DNA from: a virus
Taxonomy: Duplodnaviria; Caudoviricetes
IMG/VR virus record: IMGVR_UViG_3300043406_000067
Coordinates: 1 to 42,014 of that record
Reading direction: 5' to 3' (one strand)
DNA: 42,014 nucleotides
Within the stretch, counting starts at the first letter, position 1, and each line of letters starts with the position of its first letter. Of the stretch, positions 25,574 to 34,402 are shown piece after piece. A program made the position numbers and the translations under genes. The notes under the pieces were generated by a model. That model searched no databases. It was not told the DNA's origin and was given only the letters and a program-made list of their open reading frames with translations.

Positions 25574-26539
25574 ATGCCGTACGAGGTCGGACCGCGGGTC
25601 ACCGTCGACCGGATCAATCAGCGAATCAACGAGTGCGCGGAGGACGGCGGCGGTCGCGTCGTCCTCCCCGCGGGCCGCTTCGAGCTGTCGGGTCGCATCC
25701 TGTTCCCGGCTGATTCGCAGCCGTTCCCGTACCGGCCGATCCCATCCGTCGAGCTGCACGGCGCCGGCATCGGTGCGACCATCCTCGAGGGCGAGGCGCT
25801 CGGGATCGACGTGAACCGGTCATACACGCGGATCGCCGACCTCGCGCTCGAGTACACGCACGGGATCCGGGTGTACCCGGAGGCGATCGCGCCGGTCGTG
25901 CGCAACTTCCGCCTCGAGCGGGTCGCGGTGACCGACACGGCGGGCGTCGCGCTCCAGTTCTACCGGGGCAGCTATGAGGCGACGATCCTGTCGACGATCG
26001 CCGACTGCGCGTTCGGTGCGAACGCTGGCGGCCCGATCGTGCGCGTGGGCCTCGGAGCGACGACGATCAGGTTCGAGCGGACGTCGTTCACCGAGTTCGC
26101 GGTCGGCGTCGAGCTGTCGCAGGCGCGTGGAATCTCGTTCGACCGCTGCCACTGGGAGGGCAACCGCGGTGCGAAGCCGTACCTGGCGATCGCCGCGTGC
26201 GAGGACGTGAGCGTCTGCGGCGCCTGGTTCGAGGAGTCGCACCTCGACCCGAGCTCGCCGTGGTTCGTCTACGTCGACCAGGGCAGCCTCGACACCTACG
26301 TCTCGGGGACGTTCGTGCGGAAGAGCCCGAAGGCGCGCGTGATGGTCGTGGGCCCGAGTGCCGCATGCACGAAGACGTCGCTCGATGGCGTGATCCGGAT
26401 CGTGGGGCCGTGGGACCAGGACGCGCCGGTCTGGGAGGTGAACGGCAGCTGCACGCCGTGCGACGCGGTGATCAAGCTCGACGCCGGGGTCGTCCCGAGC
26501 GCATCGCTCAAGGCGCAGAAGGGCCCGCGCGCTGCGTGA
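25574..26539 (+). CDS. Pectate-lyase-like right-handed beta-helix protein (depolymerase candidate)
   Basis: INQRINECAEDGGGRVVLPAGRF and LHGAGIGATIL N-cap motifs; beta-helix rungs. Confidence 0.75.
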   Translation: MPYEVGPRVTVDRINQRINECAEDGGGRVVLPAGRFELSGRILFPADSQPFPYRPIPSVELHGAGIGATILEGEALGIDVNRSYTRIADLALEYTHGIRVYPEAIAPVVRNFRLERVAVTDTAGVALQFYRGSYEATILSTIADCAFGANAGGPIVRVGLGATTIRFERTSFTEFAVGVELSQARGISFDRCHWEGNRGAKPYLAIAACEDVSVCGAWFEESHLDPSSPWFVYVDQGSLDTYVSGTFVRKSPKARVMVVGPSAACTKTSLDGVIRIVGPWDQDAPVWEVNGSCTPCDAVIKLDAGVVPSASLKAQKGPRAA

Positions 26540-27039
26540 GTCCCAAAAAGAGCAAGTGGGCGAAGACGCCTGGGGCGCTCGGTGGTCCGCCCAAGGGTTA
26601 CGCCTACGACCCGCGGCTGATCCAGGGACAGCGCGATGCGGCGCGCGCATCGGCCGCCTCCTCGATCGACGAGGTGGTCGAGCTCTGGAAGCTGATCGTC
26701 ACGATCGGCCTGAAGACGGCGCGCGCGATTCACGCCGGGGACGGGACGGCCACGCTCGGGAAGACGGTCGAGACCCTGCGCAGCGCGGCGGTCGGGGACG
26801 AAGACGCCCGTGAGGTCCGGACCGAGAAGCTGCCGAACGGCGGCCTGACGTGGGACGACTGCAACCGGGCCGCCGAGAACCTGGCCGACCGGATCGGGCT
26901 CTCGCGGAAGACCGAGCTCGAGCTCGCCGGATCCCTGAGCGTGCCGAAGATGTTCGCGGTCGGCACCTATCGCGACAAGGACGGAGAGCTGCGTGAGCTT
27001 CCTGTCGATCCCGACGGAGATCCTCGAAGCTCCACCTGA
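26536..27039 (+). CDS. Terminase small subunit (putative)
   Basis: GTG start coupled to the upstream stop; basic N-terminus, helical body, directly upstream of and overlapping TerL. Confidence 0.55.
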   Translation: MSPKKSKWAKTPGALGGPPKGYAYDPRLIQGQRDAARASAASSIDEVVELWKLIVTIGLKTARAIHAGDGTATLGKTVETLRSAAVGDEDAREVRTEKLPNGGLTWDDCNRAAENLADRIGLSRKTELELAGSLSVPKMFAVGTYRDKDGELRELPVDPDGDPRSST

Positions 27040-28693
27040 GCCCGAGCTACCCGAGCGGCCGTGGGAGTCGTTCACTCCGAACAGCGAGGCGCAGGCCTGG
27101 GTCTTCAACAGCTGGACGCCGATCGTCGGCTACTCGGGACGACTCGGTTCGTCGAAGACCCGGACGATCTGCGAGTGCGCGCTGTGGGATGCGCTGTTCT
27201 GGGCACGGAACCGCGTGCTCGTGGCACGGAAGCGCGCGACCGACCTGTTCGCGACGACCTGGCCGATCTTCATGGAAGAGGTCCTGCCGCCCGAGCTGCG
27301 GCGACTGTACCGGCCCGGCGCGCAGGGGGGCGCGACGCTGTTCCTGCCGAACGGTTCGCGGATTTTCGCCTTCGGCCTCGACGAGCCGATGAAGGTCCGC
27401 GGCGCCCAGTACGGCTCGATCTACGTCGACCAGGCTGAGGATCTCGACGACGAGGGCCCCGAGTCGGAGCGGAAGACGGCTGAGTCGCGCCTCCGGCACC
27501 GGGTCCCGCCGACCGTGCTCACGGCCGAAGACCTCGAACGGCTGGGGCCGATGGCGGGACGTGCGACGACGCGGCTGACCGCGGCGAACCGCCACGCCGA
27601 CCGAGTGACGGAGAACCCGGACGAGCTCGTGGTGCCGCTGCGGCGTCGGATCGTCTACGCCTTCAATCCGGACGGCGACTTCCATTGGGGGAACGTCCAG
27701 TTCCGCTTCGCCGACATGCAGCGACTGCCGCCCGAGGATCCCCGCCACTGGCGCCAGGTTTACCGCACGCTCGAGCCAATGAAACTGCTGGGCGGCACCA
27801 CGGTTCCGGCCGGCCGCCCCCATGCCGAGGCGATCATCGCCCGGCCGACCGACAACACCGAGAACCTGCCGATCGACTACCAGGCGCGACTCGCGACCTA
27901 CGTCGGCTCGTGGAAGGACCGCTACGTCGGCGGGCGCTGGGGCACGTTCGAGGGTCAGGTGCTGCCGAACTTCAGGCGCGACCGCCACGTGATCCGGCGG
28001 CCTGAGGAATGGGACCGCTGGGGCGGATACCCGCCGCCACACTGGCGCCGCTTCCGCGTCGTCGATTTCGGCTACGCGCCCGGGCATCCGTTCGTGATGT
28101 CCTGGTACGCGCGGCGGCCGCGGACCAAGGAAGCCCGCGAGTGCTGGTTTCTGTACCAGGAGATCTACATGACCGGGCGGCTCGTGGGCGATCACGCGAA
28201 GCAAGCAACCGAGTGGGACGTCGACGAGCTGGCGGCGCTGAACCGCGGGATCGAGCGCTGGAACGCCGAGCATGGTGATCACGCGCTCAGGACGCGGAAG
28301 TGGCTCGAGTACTCGATGCAGGTCTGCGACTGGGACGCCGAGGACCGGGCGACGCTCGAGGCGTGCGGGATCGTGATGGACCGCGCGGTCAAGGATCGTC
28401 AGCCGGGCGCCCAGATCGTCGCCGAGTACCTGGGCGAGGACGGTCAGGAGCCGCGGATCCTGTTCGTCGAGAACGCCCGACGCGAGCGCGACCAGACACT
28501 GAGGGAAGGCGCGCCGAGCTGCACGTGGGAGGAGCTGTCGGGGATCCGGTGGCTGAAGCAGAAGGTCGCGAGCGCCGACAAGCCGCCGAAGGACGACTGG
28601 GCGAAGGTGAACGACCACGGGTTCGACGCGCTGCGGTACATCCTGCTCAGCGAGCGGGAGAGGGGCTCTCAGGACGCGGTGATGGTCGGCTGA
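26993..28693 (+). CDS. terL: Terminase large subunit
   Basis: Walker A SGRLGSSKT, LFLPNGSRI, Walker B IYVDQAE, coupling motif AFNP, nuclease motifs VVDFGY and DHGFDALRY. Confidence 0.93.
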   Translation: MSFLSIPTEILEAPPEPELPERPWESFTPNSEAQAWVFNSWTPIVGYSGRLGSSKTRTICECALWDALFWARNRVLVARKRATDLFATTWPIFMEEVLPPELRRLYRPGAQGGATLFLPNGSRIFAFGLDEPMKVRGAQYGSIYVDQAEDLDDEGPESERKTAESRLRHRVPPTVLTAEDLERLGPMAGRATTRLTAANRHADRVTENPDELVVPLRRRIVYAFNPDGDFHWGNVQFRFADMQRLPPEDPRHWRQVYRTLEPMKLLGGTTVPAGRPHAEAIIARPTDNTENLPIDYQARLATYVGSWKDRYVGGRWGTFEGQVLPNFRRDRHVIRRPEEWDRWGGYPPPHWRRFRVVDFGYAPGHPFVMSWYARRPRTKEARECWFLYQEIYMTGRLVGDHAKQATEWDVDELAALNRGIERWNAEHGDHALRTRKWLEYSMQVCDWDAEDRATLEACGIVMDRAVKDRQPGAQIVAEYLGEDGQEPRILFVENARRERDQTLREGAPSCTWEELSGIRWLKQKVASADKPPKDDWAKVNDHGFDALRYILLSERERGSQDAVMVG

Positions 28694-28695
28694 GA

Positions 28696-28725
28696 TTGAC
28701 ACCGGTAACGGGCGCGTGTTTCAGT
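28696..28725 (+). promoter_or_regulatory. Putative internal promoter upstream of portal
   Basis: Consensus TTGACA; TG-n-TTCAGT -10 at 18-nt spacing; intergenic. Confidence 0.4.
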
Positions 28726-28751
28726 GCAGCCCGTAACACGAGCTCTCGGGT

Positions 28752-30971
28752 GTGACGCTGACCATGGAGCGGTCCAGCCTTGCATCCGATTTTCGTTTCC
28801 GAGCTCACGGCGTGAAGATCGCCGACCGATTCGCCGCCCGGCTCGCCTGGTACATGGCTGCCGAGCGCCGCGACGCCTCCGACATCCCGCTCTCGACGGT
28901 CGACGCGATGTCGAAGGCCTGGCGCCTGCCCGAGATCGCCTGGGACTTCCCCAACGCCTACAAGCTGGTCCCGGAGATCTTCTTCTGCATCGGCGTCCGC
29001 CAGGACACTGTCGCCTCGACGCCGCTGCGTTTCTTCACGCAGGGGCGCGAGGGCAAGAAGACCTTCATCGAGCCGCAGCCCGGCAACGTGGCCGGCCTCT
29101 GGTACAGCCCGAACTCACAAGAGACGGGGCGCGACCTGGTCGCGGGAATCCAGGGCTCGCGCGACCTGTTCGGCGACGCCTTCCTGTTCCTCGAGCGCAC
29201 GAACAAGATCGTCGGCCTGTGGCTGCTGAATCCGCTCTCCGTCGAGCGCCTGCGCGGTGAGGGCCGGTCGATCATCGGTTACAGGGTCAAGGACGGCGGG
29301 AAAACGCGGCAGGTCGCGCCCGAGGACATCATCGAGTTCCCGCGCTTCGATCCCTCATTCGGATTGGGCCCGGTGTCGCCGATGCAGCCGCTCGAGCAGC
29401 AGTACACGGCGATCTACGACGCCTCGCGCGTGGCCCGGAACTTCTTCAAGAACAGCGGCATCCCTCCGGGCTTCTTCTCGAGTGACCAGGCGTTCGACGA
29501 GCCGGCGCGGATCCGCCTCGCGCGTGCGATCTCGAAGATGGTCAAGGCGCTGTCGAAGCGCTGGGGCTCGGTGATCCTGCCGAAGAACCTCAAGTACGAG
29601 CGCGCCGCGTCGTCGTTCGAGGAGATGCAGTTCACCGACATCGACAAGCTGCTGGCGGGGAAGATCTACTCGACGTTCCGGATCCCGCCGTTTTACACCG
29701 GCGCCACGGGCGGGACCGGCCTGAACAGCGACGTCGCGCGGGCCTCGCGCCGGCTGCTGCACGAGATGGTGCGCGAGCCCGAGTGCCAGGCGATCGCGGC
29801 GGTCCTGAACACGCGGCTCCTCGCCCCGGGCGGGCTCGGCCTGCAGGTGCGCTGCGAGTTCGACTTCTCGGGCGTCCCGGCGGTGCAGGAAGACAAGCTC
29901 GACGAGGCGATCAAGCTCGTGACGCTCACCGGCGCGCCGATCCTCACGCGGAACGAAGCGCGCGAGCGCCTCGGCATCGAACCCAACTCGGACCCGGCAG
30001 CCGACGAGCTGCTGGTGCCGCTCAACCTGCTGACCTCGGACGACAGGGATGTCGCCGCGGGATCCGCGCAGGGAGTCCCCGCTCCTAACAGTGCAGACGC
30101 TAATGCCACGGCGCGCCTTCTGGCCCGTACCACCTCACACCGTGATCGTCGAGATCGACTGAGGGTGCGTGCGGACCGGCGGCTTCGGCGACACGAGCGG
30201 AGCATGGAGCGGGGCTTCCGGCGGGTCTTCCGGCGCCAGGAGCTGCGCGTGAAGCAGCGGCTGCGCGACCAGCTCGAGGGCCGGATGAATGGCCAGGCCA
30301 TGGCCGCCCTGCGCGCGATCGACGTCAACGATCTGTTGCAGGAGGACGACGGCGACGTGCGGATCATCCGGCGCATCGTGCGGGCGATCGTCGAGGAGCA
30401 GGGTGCCCAGGCCCTCGCCGACCTCGGCCTCGAGCTGGCGTTCAGCGTCGCCGGTGGCGAGGTCGCGTCATGGATCGACGAGCACGCCGCGCGGGCCATC
30501 ACCGATACGTCGGCCACGACGAGGAAGCACCTGCGCGAGGAGCTGTCGCAGGGCGTCGAGGCGAACGAGACGCTCGACCAGCTCGTGGCCCGGGTGTCAG
30601 ACGTGTTCGCCGGCCGCCGCGCGAACGTGCTCACGATCGCCCGCACCGAGACGGCACCCGCTTTCAACTTCGCGACCGAGTCGGCCTGGGAGCAGAGCGA
30701 GGTTGTCGAGTCGAAGGAATGGTTAACCGCGCACGACGAGCAGGTGCGGGACGCGCACGTCGAGGCCGACGGGCAGCGCCGCAACCTGGGCGAGCCGTTC
30801 GACGTCGACGCCGAGCAGCTCGACTTCCCCGGAGATCCGTCCGGCAGCCCCGGCAACGTCATCAACTGCCGATGCACGCTGCTGCCGGTCGTGCGGTCGC
30901 GAGCAGCTCTGCCGTCAGCGATCGCAGAGCGACTGCGCGGCGCGACGCTGAAGGAGCTGCTCGGTGCGTAA
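28752..30971 (+). CDS. Portal protein (HK97-like) fused to a MuF/SPP1 gp7-like head morphogenesis domain; start may be 28764 or 28812
   Basis: NFFKNSGIPPG, FRIPP and ILTRNEARERLG portal motifs; IARTET, KEWLT-x5-VRDAH and PGD-x8-INCRC MuF motifs. Confidence 0.9.
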   Translation: MTLTMERSSLASDFRFRAHGVKIADRFAARLAWYMAAERRDASDIPLSTVDAMSKAWRLPEIAWDFPNAYKLVPEIFFCIGVRQDTVASTPLRFFTQGREGKKTFIEPQPGNVAGLWYSPNSQETGRDLVAGIQGSRDLFGDAFLFLERTNKIVGLWLLNPLSVERLRGEGRSIIGYRVKDGGKTRQVAPEDIIEFPRFDPSFGLGPVSPMQPLEQQYTAIYDASRVARNFFKNSGIPPGFFSSDQAFDEPARIRLARAISKMVKALSKRWGSVILPKNLKYERAASSFEEMQFTDIDKLLAGKIYSTFRIPPFYTGATGGTGLNSDVARASRRLLHEMVREPECQAIAAVLNTRLLAPGGLGLQVRCEFDFSGVPAVQEDKLDEAIKLVTLTGAPILTRNEARERLGIEPNSDPAADELLVPLNLLTSDDRDVAAGSAQGVPAPNSADANATARLLARTTSHRDRRDRLRVRADRRLRRHERSMERGFRRVFRRQELRVKQRLRDQLEGRMNGQAMAALRAIDVNDLLQEDDGDVRIIRRIVRAIVEEQGAQALADLGLELAFSVAGGEVASWIDEHAARAITDTSATTRKHLREELSQGVEANETLDQLVARVSDVFAGRRANVLTIARTETAPAFNFATESAWEQSEVVESKEWLTAHDEQVRDAHVEADGQRRNLGEPFDVDAEQLDFPGDPSGSPGNVINCRCTLLPVVRSRAALPSAIAERLRGATLKELLGA

Positions 30972-31143
30972 CGGCTTCATGCTGCGAGTCCCGGACCGGG
31001 AATCCGGGCCGCCGAAGATCGTCGTCTGCCCAGAGTGCAAGTCGATGATCGACGTCCGCCCGAACCAGGCGACCGTGAAGTGCCCGACGTGCCGGAAGAC
31101 GATCCGGATCGCGACGCCCACCTATCAGCGAGGGACACCATGA
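30964..31143 (+). CDS. Com-like zinc-ribbon protein (59 aa), absent from the ORF track
   Basis: AAGGAG RBS; CPECKS-x11-KCPTC; overlaps the portal stop and the protease start. Confidence 0.7.
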   Translation: MRNGFMLRVPDRESGPPKIVVCPECKSMIDVRPNQATVKCPTCRKTIRIATPTYQRGTP

Positions 31144-32354
31144 GCCGATTCAGCATGCTCGCGCGCCTGATGCCGAACGATCCGCGGTCCGGCCACGGCC
31201 GCACGGTGGGCGAGTGGCTGCGCGACGAGAAGGGGCAGCGCGTGACGCTGGCCGAGATGCTCCGCGACACCGGCGACGACGCCGAGCGCCAGGAGCGCCA
31301 GCGCCGTGACTTCCTAGAGCGGATGATGCCGTCGATCAACCGGTTCTCGAACACTCGCCTCGGCGTGGACGACGTGATCGTGCGCGGCTCGCTGCTCTGC
31401 AACTCGGCGCGCGACTACTACTACTCGCGCTTCTCGCTCCCTGCGCTGCACGAGGTGGCCGAGCTGATCCCGGGCGCACCGAAAATGCGGATGCACGATT
31501 ACCGGCAGGGCACGCCCGAGGCCGTCACGTTCGACGCCGACGTCGTGCAGCGGAACGAGCCCGGCAAGCCGGCGTCCGACTCGTGGTGGGTCCAGACGAT
31601 GTTCTATGCGCTGAACGACGACGCGGGGAAGACGCTCGCGCGCCGGATCGACGCCGGACTCGACAAGGAGGTCTCGATCGGATGGCGCTGCGTGGGCGCT
31701 TCCTGCTCAACGTGCGGCGATGACATCTGGTCGTGCAGCCACATCCCGGGCGACATCTACGAGAAGGGGATCTCCGACTTCGAGTTCGAGGGCATCACGA
31801 ACGTCCTCGAGGATTCGTTCGTCTTCCGGGGCGGGCAGAAGGACACGACGACCTTCGTCCCGGAGGGCGCGCGCTCGGCGCCGGCGGCCGCGGTCGCTTC
31901 GGCGGTGAACCGGTTCCTCGAGGCCATGACGGGCGAGGTGCGCTGGGACCGCGTCGGCGACATGAAGCGCGAGTTCCTGATCGAGGTCGATCGCATGCCG
32001 CTGGAGATCCGCGCGGCGGCTGAGACGTATCGCCGCGCGGCGGGTCTCGGCGTGATGTGCGCGACCCCGGGCGAGCGCCGCAACACGCAGGCCGTCGTCT
32101 GCACGCGCGACCGGTTCCAGAGCAAGGCGGCGGCGAAGCGGTGGGTCCGTGATCACGACTGGCGGGCGGACCGCAGCGTCGACGTCGAGAGCGGCTGGCG
32201 ATTCGACCAGCTCGCAGAGAAGGGTTTCGAGTCGTTCGAGGAACGCAAGGTGGACCCGGGCGTCGTGGCCCGGATCGGAAAGCGGAAGGAGCAGGACCAG
32301 CGCACCAGGGAAGGGGCGCGGGACACGTTGGCAGGCCTACTCGCCACGCGCTGA
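31140..32354 (+). CDS. Prohead maturation protease (putative)
   Basis: Position between portal and capsid; LCNSxRD, MHD, EVSIG and CSTCG-x5-CSHIPG motifs. Confidence 0.7.
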   Translation: MSRFSMLARLMPNDPRSGHGRTVGEWLRDEKGQRVTLAEMLRDTGDDAERQERQRRDFLERMMPSINRFSNTRLGVDDVIVRGSLLCNSARDYYYSRFSLPALHEVAELIPGAPKMRMHDYRQGTPEAVTFDADVVQRNEPGKPASDSWWVQTMFYALNDDAGKTLARRIDAGLDKEVSIGWRCVGASCSTCGDDIWSCSHIPGDIYEKGISDFEFEGITNVLEDSFVFRGGQKDTTTFVPEGARSAPAAAVASAVNRFLEAMTGEVRWDRVGDMKREFLIEVDRMPLEIRAAAETYRRAAGLGVMCATPGERRNTQAVVCTRDRFQSKAAAKRWVRDHDWRADRSVDVESGWRFDQLAEKGFESFEERKVDPGVVARIGKRKEQDQRTREGARDTLAGLLATR

Positions 32355-32385
32355 AACGCGGGCACGTTCAGGGAGGAAGAGCACC

Positions 32386-34041
32386 ATGAAGGATCGCCGT
32401 CCGTACTACGCCCGCTTCTTCGACAAGCCGGACAACAAGAGCGGGGCCGTTACCGTCCTCGAAGGAGATGGGAAGGACGGCTCGCCGACCGTCGAAAGCA
32501 TCATGCGCTGGTCGAAGAGCGTGACCGATCGGCTCGCCGAGCTCGACGCGCTGGTCGCCTCCGGCCGGATCGTTCCGCAGGAGGAGTGGGACAAGGTCAA
32601 CGAGGCGCAGCGCCAACTGGCCGAGAAGGTGCACGCGGTGAAGCTCGCACTCGACGGCGCCCGCGTGCCGTCAGGCGGTCATGGCTTCATCCCGATGAAC
32701 CTGCGGACGGACATCCTCCGGGCGCAGGACAAGGACAGCGAATTCCGCGACCTCGATCTGGTGTATCACAACCTGATCGCCTGCTCGCCCGAGGAGCTGC
32801 TCGGCGCCGCGGACGACGCGACCCGAGTCGGGATGCCCGAGTCGATGTCGCGCGGGATCCTCAGCCAGGACGAGAGCTCGTTCGCGCGTCGGCTCCGGCG
32901 CTTCCAGAAGCTGAACGACGTCCTCCTCATCAAGGACTCGATCCTCTCCTTCAACCCGCAGGGGCTGTATGCGCGGCGCGGGACGCCGACCGAACGCATG
33001 AAGACGCTGCGCGAGTGGAAGGAATACGAGGCGCTCGCGACCGAGTTCTCGCGCGCCCTGGTCGAGGGCTCCGGAGCCGGTGCGAACCTGGTCCCGGTGA
33101 TCCTCTCGGCCAGTATCGCGGAGATGGTCGAGGCCGAGCTGCGCGTCGCCGCGCTGTTCCCGCGGATCACGATGACCAGCAAGACCTACGAGTGGCCGGT
33201 GCAGACCAGCCACCTGACCTGGTTCCTGGCCACGGAGTCATCCGGCGAAGCGGTCGGTGACGCATACGCGGTCGCGGCCAGCACGCCGGGTATCTCGAAG
33301 CCGGTGTGGACGGCCGTCAAGCTCATGGGGATCTCGATCCTCTCGAGCGAAATCACGGAAGACTCGCTGGCGCCGGCGCTGCCGTTCATCCAGGGCGACA
33401 TGGCGCGGGGCGGTGGCCATGCGATCGAGGAAGCGATGATCAACGGCGAGCGCGGCGCAACGAACATGGACGGCGCGACGTTCAACCCCGCCGGCTCCGC
33501 ACGTCGGGCGTGGAGCGGGCTCCGTTACCAGGCGCTCATGACGAGCAGCCCGGCGGCGCTCGACATGGGCGCTGTCGCACTGACCAGTGACAAGACGATC
33601 GACCTCCAGGAAGCCATGGGCCCGCACGGCGCGCGCCCCGGTGACCTGGTGCACATCGTCGGATTCAAGGCCTGGCACGGTATGCGGAAGCTCTCGGGCT
33701 ACCGCACGATCGACCAGATCGGGAATCTCGCCGCGGTGCTGCGTGGTCAGGTCGGGATCTTCGAAGGCTCGCCGGTGGTGCTGAGCGAGAAGGTCACGAA
33801 GATGAAGACGACGGGCAAGTTCGGCGACGGCACGGCGCTGACGCAGGGCTCGCTCCTGACCGTCAACATCCGGCGATTCGCGATCGGCGATCGTCGGGCG
33901 ATCGACGTCGAGACCTCGAACCAGGTCCGGTTCCTGCACGACCAGATCGCGGTGAAGGGGCGCCTGCGGATGGACTTCCAGCCGCTCGATGCGCCGTCGG
34001 CCACGGTCGCGCCGGTCGGGATCATCTTCAACATCGCGTAG
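32386..34041 (+). CDS. Major capsid protein, HK97 fold with long N-terminal scaffold (delta-like) region
   Basis: GGGAGG RBS; GAGANLVP, SSEITEDS, EEAMING, GIFEGSPVV and RMDFQP motifs. Confidence 0.9.
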   Translation: MKDRRPYYARFFDKPDNKSGAVTVLEGDGKDGSPTVESIMRWSKSVTDRLAELDALVASGRIVPQEEWDKVNEAQRQLAEKVHAVKLALDGARVPSGGHGFIPMNLRTDILRAQDKDSEFRDLDLVYHNLIACSPEELLGAADDATRVGMPESMSRGILSQDESSFARRLRRFQKLNDVLLIKDSILSFNPQGLYARRGTPTERMKTLREWKEYEALATEFSRALVEGSGAGANLVPVILSASIAEMVEAELRVAALFPRITMTSKTYEWPVQTSHLTWFLATESSGEAVGDAYAVAASTPGISKPVWTAVKLMGISILSSEITEDSLAPALPFIQGDMARGGGHAIEEAMINGERGATNMDGATFNPAGSARRAWSGLRYQALMTSSPAALDMGAVALTSDKTIDLQEAMGPHGARPGDLVHIVGFKAWHGMRKLSGYRTIDQIGNLAAVLRGQVGIFEGSPVVLSEKVTKMKTTGKFGDGTALTQGSLLTVNIRRFAIGDRRAIDVETSNQVRFLHDQIAVKGRLRMDFQPLDAPSATVAPVGIIFNIA

Positions 34042-34054
34042 CACGACACATCCC

Positions 34055-34087
34055 GATAGGGGCGGGTGCGGTTCGGCCCGCCCCATC
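34055..34087 (+). terminator. Strong hairpin after the capsid gene (attenuator or mRNA stabiliser; no U-tract)
   Basis: GGGGCGGG / CCCGCCCC stem extended by GAT / ATC. Confidence 0.5.
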
Positions 34088-34109
34088 ACGGGAACAAGCG
34101 GAGGGCCGG

Positions 34110-34400
34110 ATGAAGGTCATCTATCACGGGCTCCAGAAGTACATGGCGATCCATTCGAAGGACGGCGCCGAGTACGTCGAGGCGCCACAGAACGAAGAGG
34201 TCGAGGTGCCGGACGCATTCGCCCTCGAGCTGATCCAGCGGCCGGATTTCTCGCGGCCTGGCGAGGAGAAGGGTGAAGCGGCCGCAGTGATTCCGGATCC
34301 CGAAACACAGGCCGATTCGAGCCTCGAGATCGAAGGCCTGGACGACGACGCGACCGCCCAGGGTGACGAGGGAACGCAGAAGAAGGGCCGGAAGAAGTAG
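34110..34400 (+). CDS. Small head-associated hypothetical protein
   Basis: GGAGGG RBS; typical post-capsid position; acidic linker and basic tail. Confidence 0.6.
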   Translation: MKVIYHGLQKYMAIHSKDGAEYVEAPQNEEVEVPDAFALELIQRPDFSRPGEEKGEAAAVIPDPETQADSSLEIEGLDDDATAQGDEGTQKKGRKK

Positions 34401-34402
34401 CC

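Noticed and set aside
27490-27650. Intein in TerL
   Set aside because: Too short and lacks the N-terminal Cys/Ser and C-terminal His-Asn splice motifs
30091-30100. Additional parS copies (TGCAGACG half-sites near 21813, 30092 and 40767)
   Set aside because: Only half-sites; expected by chance in coding DNA
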